Shown: positions 38,571-47,411 of the stretch, piece after piece | How positions within the stretch are numbered: the first letter of the stretch is position 1 | How the letters are laid out: every line of letters begins with the position of its first letter | Assembly (NCBI GenBank): GCA_965207065.1 | Contig: OZ242260.1 | Coordinates: 416,001 to 480,000 of the forward strand | Direction: 5' to 3' | Source: a bacterium | GTDB lineage: Bacteria > UBA8248 | Length of the DNA: 64,000 nucleotides | Translations under genes and position numbers: made by a program | The notes under the pieces: generated by a model | The model's database searches: none | The model's input: only the letters and a program-made list of their open reading frames with translations | What the model was told of the DNA's origin: nothing

Positions 38571-40319
38571 TCATCCTTTCTGTGGAATCACAGGCAGCAA
38601 CACGTGGGACGGACACGACGGGCCGGTGTGAAGCGTCACCTTCCCGCCGAAGAGTTCCGTCGGCCTGTCTTCTTTCAGGTCGTGCTTGAAGGGCCCGACG
38701 CCGTAATAGACGCGGCCCGATATCTTGGGCGCGGACGGTTCATAACCCGGCCAGACGTAATCGCGCCCCCGGACGCTGATCGCCAGGCGGTATTCCTTCG
38801 GAATGACGATGGAGGTGGGCCAGATTTCCACATCCAGTTCGTATATCTCGCCCGGCGTCAAAGGCTGAATCTCATCGTGCGTGTGGTAAGGCCGGTAGGG
38901 CAGCGTGAGTGATTCGTCGAGCTTTCGGTGCGAGGCCCTCAGCCAGCCGATGGCCACGGGCGTGTGCGGGTCGTTCGCGCCCCGGTAGACGATCTCGGTC
39001 ATGTCCGGCGTAAAGACGCGCAGGGTGAGGAACAAATCGGCGTCCGCCGTATCCGATGAGACGAATAGCTTGGCCGCCACGGGGCCGGTGATCTCGGTTT
39101 CCTCGGCAAAGGGCGGCGAGATGTAGATTAAGCCGTCGCCCAGGGCATCATAGGTCTTCGTCCGTTCGTTGGTCTGGGGTTCCGCCCGGAAGGTGCCGGA
39201 GCCGGAATGGAGATAATACTTCGTCCACTCCGTGCGCGCGATGGGCCACTCGCTCTCGGCGCGCGGCACGAATTTCTCGCCGGGATGCCGCACCAGAAGC
39301 TGGACTTTCGGCTGCTCCGCCCAACCGGTGTCCTCGCCCTTCAGGAAATGCCCAAAGAATTTCTTCTGAAGCGCGACGCCGTAATCGGTATAAAACTCCG
39401 TGAAGTGTTCCAGCCCGTGCATCTCCAGCCATTTCTGGTCGGTGGCCGATTGCACGAAGCCCTCCGTGTTGCCCCTGGGGTGCAGACCAACACCGCCCCA
39501 GTTGCCCGAGGATAAGAGCGGCACGTTGATTTTCGAGTAATCGGGCATGCGCGCGCGCCAGTAATCATCCACGAGGGGATGATCGATGATGTCCTGTCCG
39601 AAATCGCTACGGTTGGAAGCCAGTTCCTCTTCGCTCAGGTTGGCGGGGCCGGAAATCCAGTCGCCGTTGATGCGGCTCTTGATGCCTCGGTTTCCCTTTC
39701 CGTGCTGACGGGGGACGACGGCCTGGCGGTACCAGGTGTCCGAGAAGCGGCAGGCGATGCCGCCGTGGTGGGCGAGATCGCGGTAGAAATCGGCCGCCCC
39801 CTCCCAGACGCACATGGCGGCCAGGTGCGGCGGCTGGAGCGAGGCCACCTGCCACTGGTTCATCCCGTAGTAGGAGATGCCGTTCAGACCCACCTTCCCG
39901 TTGCTCCAGGACTGCACGCCCGCCCACTCGATGCAGTCGTAAAAATCCCTGGTCTCGCGCGGCGACCACACTTCCAGATAGCCCGGCGAGCGGCCGGCGC
40001 CCCGTGAGTCCACACGCACGCAGGCGTAGCCGTCGGGCACCCATTTCTCGGGGTCCACGAGCTCCCAGTTCTGGTATTTGTTGGTGGTGCCCATGACGGT
40101 CTCGGGATAGTCGTTCACCATCAGGCTCCACTGGTGGGGATAGCCGTCCTGCAGATGCAGCCATTTGCAGTAGGGGCCGTAGCTCATGATGACGGGGTAT
40201 TCGCCGTCGTCGTCGGGCCGGTAGACGTCGCAGCGCAGCACCACGCCGTCGTCCATCTCGATAGGCACGTCCCAGTCGATGCGCATTCCGTCTCTTGCCT
40301 CGCTCCTGTACTCGCTCAT
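38571..40319 (-). CDS. CocE/NonD-family hydrolase, tandem paralog
   Basis: Same motifs and long identical stretches with the neighbouring gene. Confidence 0.9.
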   Translation of the reverse strand: MSEYRSEARDGMRIDWDVPIEMDDGVVLRCDVYRPDDDGEYPVIMSYGPYCKWLHLQDGYPHQWSLMVNDYPETVMGTTNKYQNWELVDPEKWVPDGYACVRVDSRGAGRSPGYLEVWSPRETRDFYDCIEWAGVQSWSNGKVGLNGISYYGMNQWQVASLQPPHLAAMCVWEGAADFYRDLAHHGGIACRFSDTWYRQAVVPRQHGKGNRGIKSRINGDWISGPANLSEEELASNRSDFGQDIIDHPLVDDYWRARMPDYSKINVPLLSSGNWGGVGLHPRGNTEGFVQSATDQKWLEMHGLEHFTEFYTDYGVALQKKFFGHFLKGEDTGWAEQPKVQLLVRHPGEKFVPRAESEWPIARTEWTKYYLHSGSGTFRAEPQTNERTKTYDALGDGLIYISPPFAEETEITGPVAAKLFVSSDTADADLFLTLRVFTPDMTEIVYRGANDPHTPVAIGWLRASHRKLDESLTLPYRPYHTHDEIQPLTPGEIYELDVEIWPTSIVIPKEYRLAISVRGRDYVWPGYEPSAPKISGRVYYGVGPFKHDLKEDRPTELFGGKVTLHTGPSCPSHVLLPVIPQKG

Positions 40320-40466
40320 GTTTCGCCTTTCCGTGAAAAAGGTGGATCACCGTCGGTGATGTATTTGGGATTGGGGGAATATAACCGAGGGGGACTTAGG
40401 CGTCCAGATGGGGGGTATAAAAACTACAAATCAGGAGAATCAGCGGCGAAGGGATGAGACGCTGGT

Positions 40467-40706
40467 CTAATTCTCATCAAAAAATCCTTCTCGCAGACCA
40501 AATATGCGGATGATGTCCTTTTGATAACCTGGGAATATGGGAGTCTTCCCGCCATGATACGGAAGTGGGAAATGACGCTCCATACCGTCAATATCTGGAT
40601 GGTAAAGCATCCGATGACTACCCTTGCCGCGTCTTGAATAGACATTGAATCTGGGGTCAAAATCTCGCAGCAGCTTCAATAACTTCCTGTACTCAATCGT
40701 TCGCAA
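40467..40706 (-). CDS. hicA: HicA-family toxin
   Basis: GKGSHRML and LPYHG motifs; 79 aa, basic. Confidence 0.75.
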   Translation of the reverse strand: MRTIEYRKLLKLLRDFDPRFNVYSRRGKGSHRMLYHPDIDGMERHFPLPYHGGKTPIFPGYQKDIIRIFGLREGFFDEN

Positions 40707-40709
40707 AGG

Positions 40710-41054
40710 CTATACCTCTGCGAATTTTTGCGGATCCACCCGGGGCAAGGGGACATCACAAGAAATGATGTCCGGGAGGCTTTGCGGGGGCTTCGATTTC
40801 AGGTGTCGCTTCACGCTATCACGTTTAACCGACTCATAGAGCGCATGATAGGAAGGCTCGGCGGGCACGAAAATCTCATCCAGGGTGTCGTGCTGCACGG
40901 CGAAAGATATCTGTGCCTCGACCGCTTCGGTGAGACTTTCCACCGCCTGATCTTGCGTTTCCCCATAGCCCCTGAGGCTCATATCCAGCGCGATCGCGCA
41001 CCACATCCCGTCTTCACGTACGACCAGAACACGGAGGGTATGGTTGAAATTCAT
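40710..41054 (-). CDS. HicB-like antitoxin
   Basis: EDGMWCA...GYGETQDQAVESLTEAV HicB N-terminal pattern; adjacent to hicA. Confidence 0.7.
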   Translation of the reverse strand: MNFNHTLRVLVVREDGMWCAIALDMSLRGYGETQDQAVESLTEAVEAQISFAVQHDTLDEIFVPAEPSYHALYESVKRDSVKRHLKSKPPQSLPDIISCDVPLPRVDPQKFAEV

Positions 41055-41189
41055 TCGTGCGTGAACTCCTCAATTTTGTTCGTTGATCGTTTGTAGAAAC
41101 CGCCAATACCATTGCGGCTCATACAGGCGCATAGCTTACATGGTTTTATGAAGGTTCGCACCCGTCGCAATTTTGGCCCTCCCCCCCCA

Positions 41190-41762
41190 TCACTCCACCT
41201 GCTCCTCGAGCTTCCGGGTCGCCTCCTCGACGATTTCGCATACCTTGTCCATAATCTCGGGGTGCTCGCGGAACGACTCGCGCACCTCTTTCACGATCGC
41301 CAGCTTGGCGGCGGCGAAACCGTCCTCGTACTGGAGCCTCAGCTTCTCGGCCGATATACGGCTGCGCTCGAGCCCGTTCACCATCCGGGCGAGTTTCTCC
41401 GGCGTCAGGCGCTCGAAGGATTCCTTCCCCATCTGCGAGACGGCCTCGACCGCCTGCGTCATCAGCATCCGCCGCGCGGCCGCGGCCACCTTCTCTCCCG
41501 GGTCCCTGCCCTCGCCATCGTACGCCATGACTTCCTCGATCAGCTCATCCACCATGGCTTCCACCCGCCTGGTCTTGCGGATACCCTCTAGCAGGCGATT
41601 GTTGCGCGTCCCGATGGAGCCGAGCGTTATCTTCTCCCCGGTCTCCTTCTCGAAAGCCTCGGCCACTTCCTGGTAGGTCTTCCCCTCAGCGAGCATGGTA
41701 TCGACGATTTTCTCCGCGCCATATTCCACTACTTTCGATCTGCGCCCCCGCCTCCTCTCCAT
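41190..41762 (-). CDS. Mu gp27/DUF3486-like protein (probable small terminase)
   Basis: RGRRSKV N-terminus, TYQEVAE helix-turn-helix, helical C-terminus. Confidence 0.7.
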   Translation of the reverse strand: MERRRGRRSKVVEYGAEKIVDTMLAEGKTYQEVAEAFEKETGEKITLGSIGTRNNRLLEGIRKTRRVEAMVDELIEEVMAYDGEGRDPGEKVAAAARRMLMTQAVEAVSQMGKESFERLTPEKLARMVNGLERSRISAEKLRLQYEDGFAAAKLAIVKEVRESFREHPEIMDKVCEIVEEATRKLEEQVE

Positions 41763-42094
41763 TACAGATCCCCCACGAGGATGTCCGGCGAGGCGGATAC
41801 GGCGCCTTCGAGCAGGCCGCGCCCCTTGCGGGTCAGGTGCGCCTCGTAATCCGTCAGCAGGCGGCCGAACCCGCCCGGGGTGCGCTTTTCCACCAAACCC
41901 CGCCCGGCCAGATCGTCCACGAAGGCCTCGAGCGTCTCGCGGCCGAGGGGCGCGCCGTCCTCATGGTGGCCCGCCTCGCGCAGCGCGCTCCAAAGGAGAA
42001 GGCTCCCCACACTCGATTTCTCCTGAAATGCATTCTGGTAATAAAGCGTCTTCAAAATGTCGCCGCGCAGGACGCGGGCCGCCAGTTCGTTCAC
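41762..42094 (-). CDS. Mu gp26-like winged-helix protein
   Basis: RGDILKTL, LAGRGLV, AHLTRKGRGLLEG; coupled to the gp27-like gene. Confidence 0.6.
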   Translation of the reverse strand: MNELAARVLRGDILKTLYYQNAFQEKSSVGSLLLWSALREAGHHEDGAPLGRETLEAFVDDLAGRGLVEKRTPGGFGRLLTDYEAHLTRKGRGLLEGAVSASPDILVGDL

Positions 42095-42239
42095 GATAAG
42101 ACACCTCCTCGATAACTTTCATTCCGGCGCGCCGGACGCCATCCGCCGTAAGCCAGGCCTCTTCCACCCACTGAAACATCTCCTCGATGACTTTCACCCT
42201 GAAATGCCAAACATCCCCCCGTGCGCGGGGACATCCGGC

Positions 42240-42290
42240 AGTATAGAAGGCGGCGCGGGTTCGGGGGGTGCGGCAAATGCGGGCAAATGC
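42240..42290 (-). promoter_or_regulatory. Shared phage-module promoter, copy 3 (gp26/gp27 module)
   Basis: Minus strand reads GCATTTGCCC GCATTTGCCG -N25- TATACT. Confidence 0.75.
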
Positions 42291-42352
42291 AGGGCCTTTG
42301 CATTGAGAAAAAGACTTGCGGGTTGCACAATGCCGCCCGAGGAGGACGTACG

Positions 42353-42757
42353 ATGCGCTCCAGCGCGCCGACAACCGCCGCACTCGCCATACTCGCGCTA
42401 TGGTCCCTGGGACTTTCAGTCGCGCCGGCCTTCGGCCACGGGGAGGAGGAAATCCTCCTGTTCGCCTATCTGGCGGAAGAACGCAACCTGCTCAGGATCT
42501 CGACCGCCATCGTGGGCGGCATCATCCTGTCGATGGGCGCCTTCATCATCCAGCAATCACGCGCCGAGGCGAGGGAGAGCGACCGGGCCGAATTCACGGG
42601 CTTCCGGGTGATATTGCCGGGGCTGCTCGTCACCTGCCTGGGCGTCGGCGTGCTGTTCACGGCCGCCTTCATCCTGCCCGAGCAGATCAAGATCGTGCAC
42701 GACCATCCCCTGGAGCACGTCGAGACGAAAACCACGAAAAAAAGAAGCGGCCCGTGA
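42353..42757 (+). CDS. Small hypothetical membrane protein
   Basis: GGAGG SD, signal peptide, two TM helices. Confidence 0.65.
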   Translation: MRSSAPTTAALAILALWSLGLSVAPAFGHGEEEILLFAYLAEERNLLRISTAIVGGIILSMGAFIIQQSRAEARESDRAEFTGFRVILPGLLVTCLGVGVLFTAAFILPEQIKIVHDHPLEHVETKTTKKRSGP

Positions 42758-42773
42758 GGGTCGGGCATCCCCA

Positions 42774-42972
42774 GGGGAATGCCCGATGAAAGGGGCCTCT
42801 TTATTAGGGGTGGAGGGGACGCCCCTCTCTGCTGAAAAAAGCAACCCCCCCTACCCCCCCTTAACAGGGGGGTAAAGGCGATACCCCCCCGACGAGGGGG
42901 GTGGAAGAAAAGCCCCCCTGACAAGGGGGGTTGGGGGGTTACTCCTTTGACAAAGACTTTTCAACAACCCCC
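42774..42972. repeat. Degenerate MITE/REP related to the 30828-31090 element
   Basis: Shared tggaggggacgc.cctct and poly-C/poly-G palindromes; right end actttttcaacaacccc. Confidence 0.55.
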
Positions 42973-42996
42973 AGGCCCTCCCCGCGCAAGCGTTTC

Positions 42997-43422
42997 TCAC
43001 CGCGTCTTTCCCGTGAGTTTCTCGACGGTGCGAAACGCGCCCAGACCCAGCATCCCCAGGGTGAGTTCGAGAAGTCCCTCCGCCGAGACGGGATAGGGCG
43101 CGAGCTCGCCGCTCATCAGCACCTGCCGCGTCCAGAGCCAGGCGCCCAGGGCGTACTGGGGGATGAAATAAAACGCGAGCGATACCCCGCAGGTCCACAG
43201 GATGAACGGCCTGCCGCCTGCGACGAACACGCTGCGGTGGGCGGCTTCGATTTTATTGATCTCGTTCTGGGCCTCTAAGGGCCGCATCATCAGCTTTTGC
43301 TTGATCGCCTCGGCCGCGCGCCGCTCATCGGGCGTTTCGACGAACCTGTCGATGACGTTGGCGACGCCCTCCGCCGCCGTGACGACGCCGCCGCCGATGA
43401 GCTTTTCCAAAAAGGCCATCAC
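42997..43422 (-). CDS. 3TM holin-family protein
   Basis: EINKIEAAHRSVFVAGGRPFI and GMLGLGAFRTVEK; adjacent to lysozyme. Confidence 0.8.
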   Translation of the reverse strand: MMAFLEKLIGGGVVTAAEGVANVIDRFVETPDERRAAEAIKQKLMMRPLEAQNEINKIEAAHRSVFVAGGRPFILWTCGVSLAFYFIPQYALGAWLWTRQVLMSGELAPYPVSAEGLLELTLGMLGLGAFRTVEKLTGKTR

Positions 43423-43832
43423 GCGCTCCTCATGCTATCGGCGACCCTTCCCGCCCGCGCGGGGAGGTCCCTCGCGTAAACCGAATCGAGCGCCTCCGAT
43501 GCCGCGCGCGCATAATCCCCCTCCGCGAGCGCGGCCCACATCTTCCTGAACCCCAGGAGGTTCGGCACGCCCATGTTGTAGGCCATGTTCAAGACGGCGC
43601 GCCGTGCTCCGGGCCTCAGATTCTCGTACACCTCCCCCACACGCGAGTTTTCGAGTTCGCGCCCCATCAGAGACAGCCGATGCCGGAGGAGCAGTTCGGC
43701 TTCGGCTTCCGATATCCCGTCTTCGAGCAGCGTTCCGTAGCCGATGGTCTTCTTGCTCCTGGCGTCGAGATACACCACCGGCACGAAACCCTCCTCGCGC
43801 TTGATCTCCTCTACGAGCACGTCGGTGAGCAT
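43419..43832 (-). CDS. Phage lysozyme (T4-like, GH24)
   Basis: EEG..VYLD..TIGYG, NMAYNMG, FRKM. Confidence 0.85.
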   Translation of the reverse strand: MLTDVLVEEIKREEGFVPVVYLDARSKKTIGYGTLLEDGISEAEAELLLRHRLSLMGRELENSRVGEVYENLRPGARRAVLNMAYNMGVPNLLGFRKMWAALAEGDYARAASEALDSVYARDLPARAGRVADSMRSA

Positions 43833-44050
43833 GATTTCTCCTCATTCACAAGCGAATCCCCGGCTTTGGCCACCTGTTGCAGGACGCGCAGGAGCGCCGC
43901 CGCGCCCTTGCGCGCGCCCGAGCGTTGCGCATAAGCCTGACTCGAGGCCAGGACCCGTCCGTTCCTCGCACGAACGCGGAAGCGATGCCGACCGGATCTG
44001 TCCCGGAAAATCTCGACGGGGCGATGCTTCGCGTTCTTTACGGCCGCCAT
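43811..44050 (-). CDS. DUF1508/YegP-family protein
   Basis: EIFRDRSGRHRFRVRARNGRVLASSQAY. Confidence 0.75.
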   Translation of the reverse strand: MAAVKNAKHRPVEIFRDRSGRHRFRVRARNGRVLASSQAYAQRSGARKGAAALLRVLQQVAKAGDSLVNEEKSCSPTCS

Positions 44051-44187
44051 ACATAACCCCCCAGGAAAAAGCCCAGGCTCACGAGAAATGCGCCCACGGC
44101 GATGAGGCGCAGGACGGTATGTTTCTCCTTCGCCCAGCGCCACAGGAAGGCGTCCGTTCTTTTTTCGATTTCATTTTTCTCTGACAT
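44038..44187 (-). CDS. 49-aa single-TM protein, first gene of the lysis module (not in the ORF track)
   Basis: GAGGAG SD; MSEKNEIEKRTDAFLWRWAKEKHTVLRLIAVGAFLVSLGFFLGGYVWRP. Confidence 0.6.
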   Translation of the reverse strand: MSEKNEIEKRTDAFLWRWAKEKHTVLRLIAVGAFLVSLGFFLGGYVWRP

Positions 44188-44253
44188 GACTCTCCTCTCT
44201 CAGATAGCGAAATCCCGCGCGCCGCCCGTGGGCGATGCGTCTCGACGTGAGAG

Positions 44254-44314
44254 ATTCTAGGCCTTGATCCCGCCGGGCCGATGACGGAAAATGCGGGCAA
44301 CTGCGGGGTGATGC
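44254..44314 (-). promoter_or_regulatory. Shared phage-module promoter, copy 4 (lysis module)
   Basis: Minus strand reads GCATCACCCC GCAGTTGCCC GCATTTTCCG -N25- TAGAAT. Confidence 0.72.
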
Positions 44315-44465
44315 GCGTTCGCCCGCCCGCGACAGGAAAAGAACGCGTCCCCCCGCGCCGGATGCGCCTCTCGACACCTTCATTCGTGACGCGCGAGGGA
44401 CGTTTGAACCCGTTAAGAAGACGATGCGCCAAGCAGCGCATGCCGCCAAGCACAGGAGATGAACC

Positions 44466-44954
44466 ATGAAAAAACTGACCGCCATCGCCCTCATCGCCGT
44501 ATTCAGCCTGGGACTCGCCGGGTGCCGCACCGATGGAAGCATGGACAAACAGACCGGCGGAGCGATTCTCGGCGGAATCGCGGGCGGTCTGATCGGCTCG
44601 AAGGTCGGCAAGGGCCGGGGCCGCAAGGCGGCAACCTTCGCAGGCGCGGTTCTCGGCGCCCTCGTGGGCAGCTCCATCGGAGCGCAACTCGACGAGCGCG
44701 ACCGCCTGCTGATGGGGCGCAACACGCAAAAAACCCTCGATCGCGGCAAGACGAACGTGGCCGGCGCATGGGTGAACCCCGACACGGGCAACCGGGGAAC
44801 CATTACGCCCAAGCGCACCTACCGGGTGCAGAGGGGCTCGACCACCCGCTATTGCCGCGAGTTCCAGCAGACCATCACGGTGGGCGGCAAGACCGAGCGC
44901 GCCTATGGCCGCGCCTGCCGGCAGCCCGACGGAAGCTGGAAAATCGTCAACTAG
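44466..44954 (+). CDS. Glycine-zipper lipoprotein, 17-kDa surface antigen family
   Basis: Lipobox LAGC, Gly zipper, WVNPDTG, YCREFQQ, ACRQPDGSW. Confidence 0.9.
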   Translation: MKKLTAIALIAVFSLGLAGCRTDGSMDKQTGGAILGGIAGGLIGSKVGKGRGRKAATFAGAVLGALVGSSIGAQLDERDRLLMGRNTQKTLDRGKTNVAGAWVNPDTGNRGTITPKRTYRVQRGSTTRYCREFQQTITVGGKTERAYGRACRQPDGSWKIVN

Positions 44955-45005
44955 GCCCGCGCCGCTCAAGGAATTACATTCGGTTTCGCCGGTGAGGTGC
45001 GTCTC

Positions 45006-45404
45006 ATGAAGAAGCGTATCTGCGCGAGCGTGGCGTTCATGTTCTTCGTATCCGGTTGCGCGGGTTCGGGGCCCAACCCGGTGGCGCGCTACACGCCTGC
45101 CGATGAGAAGCGAAACTGCGCCTCGCTCAAGTCGGAAATCAAGGCCATCAAGAAGGACATCGCGAAAAAGACGACCGAGCGAGAGAACAAGACGTTCCAG
45201 AACCTCACCCTGGGCGCTGCAGGCGTATTCCTGGTCGTTCCGTGGTTCTTCATGGATCTGAAGGGCAAGGAAGCGGGCGAGGCCGAAGCGCTCGAACACC
45301 GAAACGCCGCACTACGCCGGGTCGCCTTCGTCAAGGGTTGCAACGAGCCGCTTCCGGTCGTCACGCATCAGAGAAAGCCCAAAACGGAAGGAAAAGCGAA
45401 ATAG
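45006..45404 (+). CDS. Hypothetical lipoprotein
   Basis: Lipobox VSGC. Confidence 0.7.
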   Translation: MKKRICASVAFMFFVSGCAGSGPNPVARYTPADEKRNCASLKSEIKAIKKDIAKKTTERENKTFQNLTLGAAGVFLVVPWFFMDLKGKEAGEAEALEHRNAALRRVAFVKGCNEPLPVVTHQRKPKTEGKAK

Positions 45405-45487
45405 ACGCAAGCGCGGTTCGAGCCCCCTTTTCTGCTTTGCCTTATACCCTAGAAACATATTCGCCGCCGTACTACAGGGGTCACGTC

Positions 45488-46339
45488 ATGCCCAGAAACA
45501 ACTCAAAAAATCTTTTCATCAAGTCAATTTTCATCGCCGCCTTGATGCTCAGTTCAGTAAGTATCCCTCGCGCGGACGCCAGAGAATGCACCTATGGCCC
45601 CTACACGGGGCGCTGCCGCGACATCGGGCTCATGCGCTCGGTCAAGCGCGACGCGGAAAAACGCGTCTCCGCACGCTCCATCCTCTGGGTGGAGGCGGGC
45701 TATCTCTCGGCTGACGAGGCGAGCGATCTGCACCAAAGAATCGACGCAGGGATAGTGGCCGTCGAGAAGTTTCTGGGATTCAAGTTCTCACGCGAGGCCT
45801 ACGGGCAGGAGAAAATCGAGTTCTTCGTCCACAGCCGGCGCGCGCCCTCCCACACCATCACGGCCTACAGTCCGCGAAAATACATGCACCCCGTGGTGTT
45901 TCTCTCCTACGCCAAAGGAAAGAGAACGCCCTATCTCCACGAGACGGTCCACATCATCGCCTGGGACTGGAACACGCTCTGGTTGAAAGAAGGCCTGGCG
46001 GTTCACCTGAACGACCGCCTGGGCGGCTACGCCGCCTTCCCCAACTTCGGCGAGTCCGTGGATGTATTCGCGGGCCGGGTGCTCGCGCGCGAGTTTCCGC
46101 CCGCTACGAACGCGCTCGACCTGGTGGGCGAGAACGGAATTCCAAAATTCGGGGACCGGCGCGTGCGCCGCATGTTCTACATTCTCTCGGGCTCTTATGT
46201 GGCCTATCTCCTGCGCGAGTGGGGGGTGAGTAAGTTCATGCGCGTCTACGCCGCCAAGGACGCGGAGGCCGCGATCCTCAAAGAGACGGGAAAACCCGCG
46301 TGGCAGTGGAAGGAGGCGTGGCTGGGCGGGGTGAAGTAG
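45488..46339 (+). CDS. Secreted gluzincin-like protein
   Basis: Signal peptide; HETVH followed by WLKEGLA. Confidence 0.6.
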   Translation: MPRNNSKNLFIKSIFIAALMLSSVSIPRADARECTYGPYTGRCRDIGLMRSVKRDAEKRVSARSILWVEAGYLSADEASDLHQRIDAGIVAVEKFLGFKFSREAYGQEKIEFFVHSRRAPSHTITAYSPRKYMHPVVFLSYAKGKRTPYLHETVHIIAWDWNTLWLKEGLAVHLNDRLGGYAAFPNFGESVDVFAGRVLAREFPPATNALDLVGENGIPKFGDRRVRRMFYILSGSYVAYLLREWGVSKFMRVYAAKDAEAAILKETGKPAWQWKEAWLGGVK

Positions 46340-46428
46340 GTCAATCCCGACCGGGGAGGGATTGTGAGTATCGAGAGAGGAATTGCGAATTCACCAAAAG
46401 AAAAGCCCCCCGGATTTCCCGAGGGGCT

Positions 46429-47169
46429 TTATTTCATATCGGTCTTCTCTGCTAGAAGCCGGGGTCCTCGTCGTGTGTGTGGAGCATCGCTTGGTCTCCT
46501 TTCAGCGGCCAGGTAATTACAAAACCACCTAAGTGGTTGAAGTATTCCACTTCCGAGATAAATTTCAAGACCTTTGTAGAGACGGTTGCCCCTTCGGTTT
46601 CTCAGGTCTGCAATCCATGGCTCGAATACGTCATAATAGCGTAAGACATTTGTCTGAAACAGTTCGCGGATGATGGCTTCATTGACAAAGCCTTTATCGA
46701 CCAACACCGCCAAGTCTTCGAGATAATTCAAAACATTCGTTATGTTCAATTCGAGAATTTCATCATCCTTGATTTTCTCCTGTATTATTCTCAGCCTCTC
46801 CTCTCTCGGCTTGGCCGCTATGGGTTTGATCAGCCCGATGACGGCTTTTTTCGAGTCGAAAAAACTTGCGGTGTTCCATTCAGAGGTAAGGGACATCGTG
46901 CGGGTCATTTGCTCGGATTCCACATTCGCATAAACGCTTTGGGCAATATAAAAGGCGCTGACAATCGCGGCTGCGGCGCCGACGGCAATGGCGATAAACG
47001 TCGCCAACTCCTTATGAGCAGGCAAGAAGAAATAGACACCTACAATCACACCGACGAAGATAAAGGCAACCACGCCAATATGAACCGTGAACCTGCGCTC
47101 GAATTTAAGATTGAAATCGAATGCCTTGGAAACTTCTCTCGCCAATTGCGGACCCTCACACGGACACAA
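46429..47169 (-). CDS. DUF4760-like membrane protein, lower GC, possible 3' frameshift
   Basis: Two TM helices; VLNYLEDLA..VDKG..E and PWI..LR motifs; start uncertain. Confidence 0.55.
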   Translation of the reverse strand: MCPCEGPQLAREVSKAFDFNLKFERRFTVHIGVVAFIFVGVIVGVYFFLPAHKELATFIAIAVGAAAAIVSAFYIAQSVYANVESEQMTRTMSLTSEWNTASFFDSKKAVIGLIKPIAAKPREERLRIIQEKIKDDEILELNITNVLNYLEDLAVLVDKGFVNEAIIRELFQTNVLRYYDVFEPWIADLRNRRGNRLYKGLEIYLGSGILQPLRWFCNYLAAERRPSDAPHTRRGPRLLAEKTDMK

Positions 47170-47298
47170 CCATCCGCCAACTAATTCGGGTCCTCTGGCA
47201 ACTCGTTTGAGTGGTTAATCGTGCGTCAACTATACCTTTTCGTCCGAAATCTCAACCTCACCCTGCATTGCTCCTGCCCAATAGCGATGGAATGGATT

Positions 47299-47403
47299 GT
47301 TGCTCCCTATCCATCAGCCACAACTCCACCTTGAGCAGTTGCAGCCCCTCCCTCATCAGCCGCAATCCCTCCCTGATCAGTCGCAACCCCTCCCTGATCA
47401 GTC
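47299..47403. repeat. 21-bp tandem repeat, three good and two degenerate copies
   Basis: gcaacccctccctgatcagtc-like units at 47341, 47362 and 47383. Confidence 0.75.
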
Positions 47404-47411
47404 GGGATTGA

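Noticed and set aside
36798-40319. Diversity-generating retroelement repeats in the duplicated CocE genes
   Set aside because: Ordinary tandem paralogs; no reverse transcriptase and no evident adenine-specific variation.
5914-44314. A single intact prophage
   Set aside because: Phage genes are interrupted by long runs of host genes, and no integrase, replication genes or att sites are visible.
47299-47403. CRISPR array
   Set aside because: Contiguous 21-bp units with no spacers and no cas genes.
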